Origin: a bacterium | Lineage (GTDB): Bacteria; Patescibacteriota; Minisyncoccia; Phycocordibacterales; UBA5272 | Direction: 5' to 3' | Assembly (NCBI GenBank): GCA_023267555.1 | Contig: JAHFMZ010000002.1 | Coordinates: forward strand, 12,304 to 62,252 | Length of the DNA: 49,949 bases | Shown: in pieces, positions 45,117-49,949 of the stretch | How the letters are laid out: each line of letters starts with the position of its first letter | Position numbering within the stretch: position 1 is the first letter of the stretch | Position numbers and translations under genes: made by a program | The notes under the pieces: model-generated | The model's input: only the letters and a program-made list of their open reading frames with translations | The model's database searches: none | What the model was told of the DNA's origin: nothing

Positions 45117-45563
45117 GTGAAGATAAAACCTTCTGCTCTTTCGGAAAGACATATTGGGAAGCTGTGTGTCATTCGTTTTTCCACTATTGGAGCTGGATTT
45201 GTCGGCCACAGCCAAAGATACGGACTAGAATCTAGAGACGTGTCGACATCATATATTCTGGTGGGAAGATTACTTCTTGTCACAGAGAAAGAATTAACTT
45301 TTGTCGACTGCCAATATTCACGTCACACATTTGATTTGAGTTGGTCTCTTGGCCCCCGCTTAAAATCTACACCAATATTTACAGTAAAACGAAAAGACCT
45401 ACATACAAAAAGAAAGGTTATCTTAAATAATCTAGAATATTCCAATGCTGTAATGCAACATTTACTGAGAGCAAACAAAACAGGACGTTGGAATTGTGAA
45501 CGTAGGCTTGCTGTAAGACTAAAAGCTGTGAGAGAAATAGAAGAGACGCAAAGGGCTGCATAG
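45117..45563 (+). CDS. Hypothetical protein with atypical codon usage
   Basis: 148 aa with a GTG start. AAAGGAAAG lies 4 nt upstream. Own promoter TTTACA-N17-TAGTAT (45050..45078). The stop codon lies inside the terminator hairpin. Arg is mostly AGA. Confidence 0.5.
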   Translation: MKIKPSALSERHIGKLCVIRFSTIGAGFVGHSQRYGLESRDVSTSYILVGRLLLVTEKELTFVDCQYSRHTFDLSWSLGPRLKSTPIFTVKRKDLHTKRKVILNNLEYSNAVMQHLLRANKTGRWNCERRLAVRLKAVREIEETQRAA

Positions 45564-45578
45564 CCCTTTGTTTTTTTT
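45549..45578 (+). terminator. Intrinsic terminator
   Basis: CAAAGGGC-TGCATA-GCCCTTTG followed by TTTTTTTT. Confidence 0.8.
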
Positions 45579-45606
45579 ATTATTTGTGTTAGAATTATCC
45601 CCACAT

Positions 45607-45855
45607 ATGTCAAACGTAAACGTAGAAGTAAAAAAGAATCCGAACGAGAATACTATATCTTTTGTTCGTCGTTTTCAGAAACGCGTCCAAGAGTCAGGTA
45701 TTTTACCTCGTGTCCGCAGCATTCGTTATAGTGACCGCCCATTGTCTTCACTTAAAACAAAGCGCGCCAAGCTAAAGAAACTAGGAAATTTAGCAAAATA
45801 CGAACTTGCAAAGAAGATGGGCAAGGTTATCGAACGTAAGAAAGGCCGAAGATAA
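45607..45855 (+). CDS. rpsU: 30S ribosomal protein S21
   Basis: 82 aa from ATG 45607 (MSNVNVEVKKNPNENTISFVRRFQKRVQESG...). S21-like basic pattern. The upstream part of the track ORF lies in the terminator T-run. Confidence 0.8.
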   Translation: MSNVNVEVKKNPNENTISFVRRFQKRVQESGILPRVRSIRYSDRPLSSLKTKRAKLKKLGNLAKYELAKKMGKVIERKKGRR

Positions 45856-45857
45856 AT

Positions 45858-46256
45858 ATGGCATTTCGTGAGTTACACAATCTCACTATTGTAAGAAAAA
45901 ATGGCCCGATACCTGTCGTGCCATTTTTGCCTATTAAAGAAAAGATTTTGGGGAAAAATTACAATCTTTCAATTATTTTTTGTACCAAAGAAGAATCACG
46001 CGAAAGAAATAAAAAATATCGCAATAAAAATTATCCAACCAACATTCTTTCTTTCCCACTTGAAAAAAATGAAGGTGAAATTTACATATCATTAGGCACA
46101 GCAAGATATGATGCGAAAAATTTTGATATGTCTTATCAAAAATTTCTTCATCTTCTTGTTATTCACGGAGCTCTTCATTTGAAAGGACACGACCATAGTA
46201 GTACAATGGAGAAGTTAGAGGATTTACATTTAAAAAAATTTTATAGATTTGAGTGA
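45858..46256 (+). CDS. ybeY: rRNA maturation endoribonuclease YbeY
   Basis: 132 aa. Zinc motif HGALHLKGHDH. Confidence 0.85.
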   Translation: MAFRELHNLTIVRKNGPIPVVPFLPIKEKILGKNYNLSIIFCTKEESRERNKKYRNKNYPTNILSFPLEKNEGEIYISLGTARYDAKNFDMSYQKFLHLLVIHGALHLKGHDHSSTMEKLEDLHLKKFYRFE

Positions 46257-46392
46257 AGTTCGAGGCGTCGAGTGTGCGAGTAGAGAAACGTACAAATAGT
46301 ACGGTGATGTGCGAGTGCACGATAACAACAAAGAAATTCACCAAATATATAATAATTTAAAAAAACTTTTCGTGGCACGTAATACAAGAGAT

Positions 46393-47541
46393 ATGATTGT
46401 GGGGATTGATATCGGAAGCGGAAGCTTGCGTGCTTTGGGTTGTATACAAAAAGAAGGAGCTAGGTTCCCAATCGTCATAGCTAAATATAAAAAACAAATT
46501 GATGTCGTCAATCGTGGGAATATAACCGACAATGATGAAGCCGCTCGATTAATTACCGAGGCTCTCATTACTTTAGAAGAAGAGTCCGGCCACGACACTT
46601 TACACACTCTTGTAGCAATTGGTGCTGTTGGTTTGTCATCTCATCACGCAAATGGATACGCCCAAGTGTCTCGTGGAGATGCCCAAGTCACAGATTTGGA
46701 TATTGATAATGCAATTAAAGACGGCAATCGTGGAGTTCCAGACATACGAAACAAGTCTGTCGTACACGCGATACCAATGAAATATAAAATAGATGGAAAC
46801 GATGTACAAGGCAATATCATCGGTGTACGTGGCAACAAACTTGAAGTCAAAACACTTTTTGTAACTTACCCACTTCAATGTATGAATGTTTTGAAAAAAG
46901 TTCTTGAAAAGGCAGAAATCAGAGTTACGGACATCGTCGCTGGGCCAGTCGCCGAAAGTATTCCATTATTAACCAAAAAACAAAAAATTGCGGGTGTAGC
47001 TTTAATAAATATTGGTGCTGGGGTCACTTCCATTCTTGTTTACGAAAACAATATCCCTCTTCTTGTTTCGACTATTCCAGTCGGAGGTGAAGACATCACA
47101 AAAGACATAGCTCTCGGATTAAAAATTACATTAGAAGAAGCAGAAGAAATAAAATGTGGTCGTTCACAACAATCATATTCAAAACGTCGTGTCGAAGAAA
47201 TAATAGAAGCTCGTTTAGAAGACCTTTGCGTGAAAATTAATAAAGAATTATCTCGTATCGGTCGTCAAGAACTTCTTCCTGCTGGTGTAGTAGTTTGTGG
47301 TTCATCTTCTTTGGTTCCACAACTTGAATTTGTATTTCGTAATGAACTAAAACTCCCAGTTAAGATCACAACCAATGAACTTATAAGAATTACAAATGAC
47401 ATTTTAAGAGACAGTAGCTGGGCTAGAGTTTATGGTCTGACTTTTCTCGCCCCACACGACAACGAAAATGACGTAATAAAGGAACTTTGGACATCATTTA
47501 CTACACGTGTCAAGAAACTTGTTTTACAGTTTTTACCTTAA
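46393..47541 (+). CDS. ftsA: Cell division protein FtsA
   Basis: Actin-like ATPase motifs (VGIDIGSGSLRA, INIGAGVTS). Start set at ATG 46393 rather than GTG 46309. Confidence 0.8.
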   Translation: MIVGIDIGSGSLRALGCIQKEGARFPIVIAKYKKQIDVVNRGNITDNDEAARLITEALITLEEESGHDTLHTLVAIGAVGLSSHHANGYAQVSRGDAQVTDLDIDNAIKDGNRGVPDIRNKSVVHAIPMKYKIDGNDVQGNIIGVRGNKLEVKTLFVTYPLQCMNVLKKVLEKAEIRVTDIVAGPVAESIPLLTKKQKIAGVALINIGAGVTSILVYENNIPLLVSTIPVGGEDITKDIALGLKITLEEAEEIKCGRSQQSYSKRRVEEIIEARLEDLCVKINKELSRIGRQELLPAGVVVCGSSSLVPQLEFVFRNELKLPVKITTNELIRITNDILRDSSWARVYGLTFLAPHDNENDVIKELWTSFTTRVKKLVLQFLP

Positions 47542-47583
47542 TACATAAGCTTTTTTTGGGAAAATAGTGCAAAAAAACTCTCT

Positions 47584-47612
47584 TTGCAAAATACCTGCCA
47601 AGTTGGTATAGT
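47584..47612 (+). promoter_or_regulatory. Promoter upstream of ftsZ
   Basis: TTGCAA-N17-TATAGT. Leaves a leader of about 40 nt. Confidence 0.6.
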
Positions 47613-47658
47613 TACTGTATAGAAATTATACAAATAAAGACCAATTAATAATCACAAT

Positions 47659-48903
47659 ATGGCAAAAGTAAATCCAGAAATTGAAAGCTTCGCTCGTATA
47701 AAAGTCATAGGTATTGGAGGCTCTGGGAAAGGCGCTCTAAATCATATGATTAACTCCAAATTACAAGGAGTTGAATTTATTGCGATGAATACAGATACAC
47801 AAGATCTTCATCATTCATTAGCTGAAAAGAAAATTCACATTGGTAAAAATCTTACCAAAGGTTTGGGTGCAGGTATGGATCCAGAAGTTGGAAAACGTAG
47901 TGCCGAAGAAACTCGCGAAGAAGTTCAGGATGTTGTCAAAGGTGGTGATATGGTCTTTATCGCTTGCGGAATGGGAGGCGGTACCGGCACTGGAGCTGCT
48001 CCTGTTGTCGCACAAATTACAAAAAACGAAGGCATACTAACAGTCGCTGTTGTGACAAAACCTTTCTTCTTTGAGGGTGCTTCACGTATGAAATTAGCAG
48101 AACGAGGTCTTGAAGAACTTGAAAAAGAAGTTGATGCCTTGATTGTCATTCCAAACGACCGACTATTGTCAGTTATTGATAAAAATACATCTGTAAAACA
48201 AGCTTTTGAAATGTGTGATGAGGTGCTCAAATCAGCTGTTGAAGGTATTGCAGATATTATCCGTACAGCTGGAACAATCAACCTCGACTTTGCTGACATA
48301 AAAAGAATATTGAAGGATTCAGGAACAGCACTTATGGGAGTCGGTCGTGGTATGGGTGAAAATCGCGCACGTGAAGCTGCGAGTGCGGCAGTCAACTCCC
48401 CTTTGCTCGATGTGTCTATACACGGAGCCAAAGGAGTTTTGTTTGCAATTTATGGAGCAGATGATCTAGGGATGCTTGAAGTGCAAGAAGCTGCGAAAAT
48501 TATTACCGAATCTGTTGATAAAGATGCAAAGATTATTTTTGGTATAGCTCAAGACAGTACACTTAAAAAAGATGAAGTAAAAGTGACTGTGATTGCTACT
48601 GGCTTTCCAAGCGGATTTTCATCACGTACTCACACATCTCAAGCGTCAGCATCAGAACTAAAACGTGATACCGAAGTAATTCCAGAACCTCGTCTTCCAA
48701 AAGCAGAAACTGTGGCAGAGGCAGTAAAGGAAGGAGATCGCCGACAAGATAATCGTATTGATAATGAAATGGGTACAGATAAAAAAGAAGAAGATACAAA
48801 GAAATCAAAAACTACTGATAAGAAAACAATTTTTAAATTTGATGATGATGAAGAGGATGATGAATGGGAAGCTTTGCCTCCATTTTTGCGCCGAAAAAAG
48901 TAA
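47659..48903 (+). CDS. ftsZ: Cell division protein FtsZ
   Basis: 414 aa. Tubulin signature GGGTGTGAAPV. Acidic and basic C-terminal tail ending in PPFLRRKK. Confidence 0.95.
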   Translation: MAKVNPEIESFARIKVIGIGGSGKGALNHMINSKLQGVEFIAMNTDTQDLHHSLAEKKIHIGKNLTKGLGAGMDPEVGKRSAEETREEVQDVVKGGDMVFIACGMGGGTGTGAAPVVAQITKNEGILTVAVVTKPFFFEGASRMKLAERGLEELEKEVDALIVIPNDRLLSVIDKNTSVKQAFEMCDEVLKSAVEGIADIIRTAGTINLDFADIKRILKDSGTALMGVGRGMGENRAREAASAAVNSPLLDVSIHGAKGVLFAIYGADDLGMLEVQEAAKIITESVDKDAKIIFGIAQDSTLKKDEVKVTVIATGFPSGFSSRTHTSQASASELKRDTEVIPEPRLPKAETVAEAVKEGDRRQDNRIDNEMGTDKKEEDTKKSKTTDKKTIFKFDDDEEDDEWEALPPFLRRKK

Positions 48904-48907
48904 TTTA

Positions 48908-49019
48908 GCTTATATCACATCATCTACGTTGTCGTTACGAGTTTTTTGTCGGTCGATGTACTAGCTGTACATCTTTCTCCAAAAAACTCTAGACTCCTAG
49001 TATCTGATGTAATCTAAGC
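48908..49019 (+). repeat. Palindromic intergenic element, copy C
   Basis: Core 48939..48989: GAGTTTTTTG-tcggtc-GATGTAC-tagct-GTACATC-tttctc-CAAAAAACTC. The outer arms GCTTATATCACATCATCTAC / GTATCTGATGTAATCTAAGC are inverted. Confidence 0.65.
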
Positions 49020-49065
49020 AAAATTCTGCCTCGCATCTAAAATAATTTTCTTAGTTTTAAAAAAT

Positions 49066-49091
49066 AAAACCGCTCATATGTGAGCGGTTTT
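49066..49091 (+). terminator. Intrinsic terminator after ftsZ and repeat copy C
   Basis: AAAACCGCTCA-TATG-TGAGCGGTTTT. Confidence 0.8.
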
Positions 49092-49144
49092 ATTATTTTA
49101 CTTTTTCCTTCTTAAAAACCCGCCCGTGATATACTGACCAAATT

Positions 49145-49949
49145 ATGAATGACACTTACGATCTTATTATCATCGGTGGGGGTCCCGCAGGATGCGCTGG
49201 AGCAGTTTATTCTGCCCGTAAACAATTGAAAACACTTCTAGTGGTAAAAGATTGGGGTGGCCAATCTATCGTCTCTGACGATATACAAAATTGGATAGGT
49301 ACGCCACATATAACTGGTGCAAAACTCGCTGAATCTCTCAAAGCTCATATTACAGAATATAAAGGTGATATATTGACTGTTTCTGAAGGAAAAAATATAA
49401 CGAATATCTCAGGCTCTCTAGGAAATTTTATTGTAACACTTGAAAATGGAGAAACTTATAGTGGGAAAACAATACTGATTGCTACTGGCTCATCTCGTCG
49501 TAAATTAGACATAACTGGTGCAAAAGAATTTGAAAACAAAGGTATCACCTATTGTGCATCTTGTGATGGGCCTCTTTTTTCTGGAATGGATGTCGTTGTA
49601 ATTGGTGGAGGAAACGCTGGCTTTGAGTCCGCCGCTCAATTACTCGCCTATTGTAAATCAGTTACACTTTTATCAAGAAGCGAACCAAAAGCTGATGTAA
49701 TAACGATTGAAAAATTAAAACAAAAAGAACATTTCAAACTTATCATCGGCGTCACACCAAAATCTATACAAGGAAATAAATTTGTAGAATCGATTACTTA
49801 CATCGATACTTCTGGAAAAGAAACAACACTTCCTACTTCTGCGGTATTCGTCGAAATCGGCCAAGTTCCTGCCACATCATTTGCAGAACAAATCGTAAAA
49901 TTAAATGAAACCAAAAATATAATCACTGATCCTCGCACTCAAGAAACAT
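49145..49949 (+). CDS. trxB: Thioredoxin-disulfide reductase-like flavoprotein (3' partial, runs off the window)
   Basis: MNDTYDLIIIGGGPAGCAGAVY (FAD motif), redox-active CASCDG, second dinucleotide motif VIGGGNAGFESA. TATACT lies 9 nt before the ATG. Not in the track because no stop codon falls inside the window. Confidence 0.8.
   Translation, partial: MNDTYDLIIIGGGPAGCAGAVYSARKQLKTLLVVKDWGGQSIVSDDIQNWIGTPHITGAKLAESLKAHITEYKGDILTVSEGKNITNISGSLGNFIVTLENGETYSGKTILIATGSSRRKLDITGAKEFENKGITYCASCDGPLFSGMDVVVIGGGNAGFESAAQLLAYCKSVTLLSRSEPKADVITIEKLKQKEHFKLIIGVTPKSIQGNKFVESITYIDTSGKETTLPTSAVFVEIGQVPATSFAEQIVKLNETKNIITDPRTQET

Noticed and set aside
47925-48431. Long shadow ORFs antisense to, or overlapping, well-supported genes. 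These are 47925..48431 in ftsZ, 25618..26049 in gap, 35887..36288 and 37586..38008 in gyrA, 30371..30850 and 30462..30827 in the GC-rich operon, 5238..5582, and 14347..14697 in uvrA.
   Set aside because: Each lies opposite, or overlaps, a gene with strong family motifs (for 30371..30850 and 30462..30827, the better-supported 294-aa ORF). Their translations are low-complexity with no motifs. They have no promoter or start-site context.

Overview
This is a gene-dense, AT-rich bacterial chromosomal segment. A hand count gives about 35% G+C in a sampled ftsZ stretch. It looks like a small, streamlined genome. Several features make a CPR/Patescibacteria-type organism a reasonable guess, but this is inference only because no database search was possible. 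These features are a split transketolase, a compact sugar-phosphate cluster, a UvrC without its C-terminal HhH domain, near absence of Shine-Dalgarno (SD) sites and several VirB2-like small membrane proteins.

Core content:
- Replication and repair: dnaE, gyrA, and uvrB, uvrA and uvrC clustered on one strand.
- Translation: glyQS, hisS, pth, tgt, rpmG (missing from the ORF track), an rpsA-like gene, rpsU, ybeY, a pseudouridine synthase and tRNA-Trp.
- Division and secretion: ftsA, ftsZ, secG, lepB.
- Other: RNase J; a cluster of fba, a PfkB-type kinase, tkt N and C subunits, rpe, rpiB and gap; two solute-binding proteins; an MFS transporter; two methyltransferases; a partial trxB-like gene.

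The accessory-looking part lies at 28.5-33.2 kb:
- Four genes carry five copies of a signal-peptide plus two-helix pilin-like module. Two of these genes are fused to different Cys-rich tandem repeats.
- A GC-rich two-gene operon with canonical SD sites interrupts this cluster.

Non-coding highlights:
- A family of roughly 100-130-nt imperfect palindromic intergenic elements, with three copies that share sequence boxes and compensated stems.
- A 33-nt promoter layout shared by four genes.
- -10 boxes placed 6-12 nt before start codons, which implies leaderless or near-leaderless mRNAs.
- GC-rich islands at 12.4-12.7 kb and 39.5-39.9 kb, plus an atypical self-contained gene at 45.05-45.6 kb. The two islands may be structured RNAs or atypical small proteins.

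No rRNA, CRISPR array, transposase or integrase was seen.
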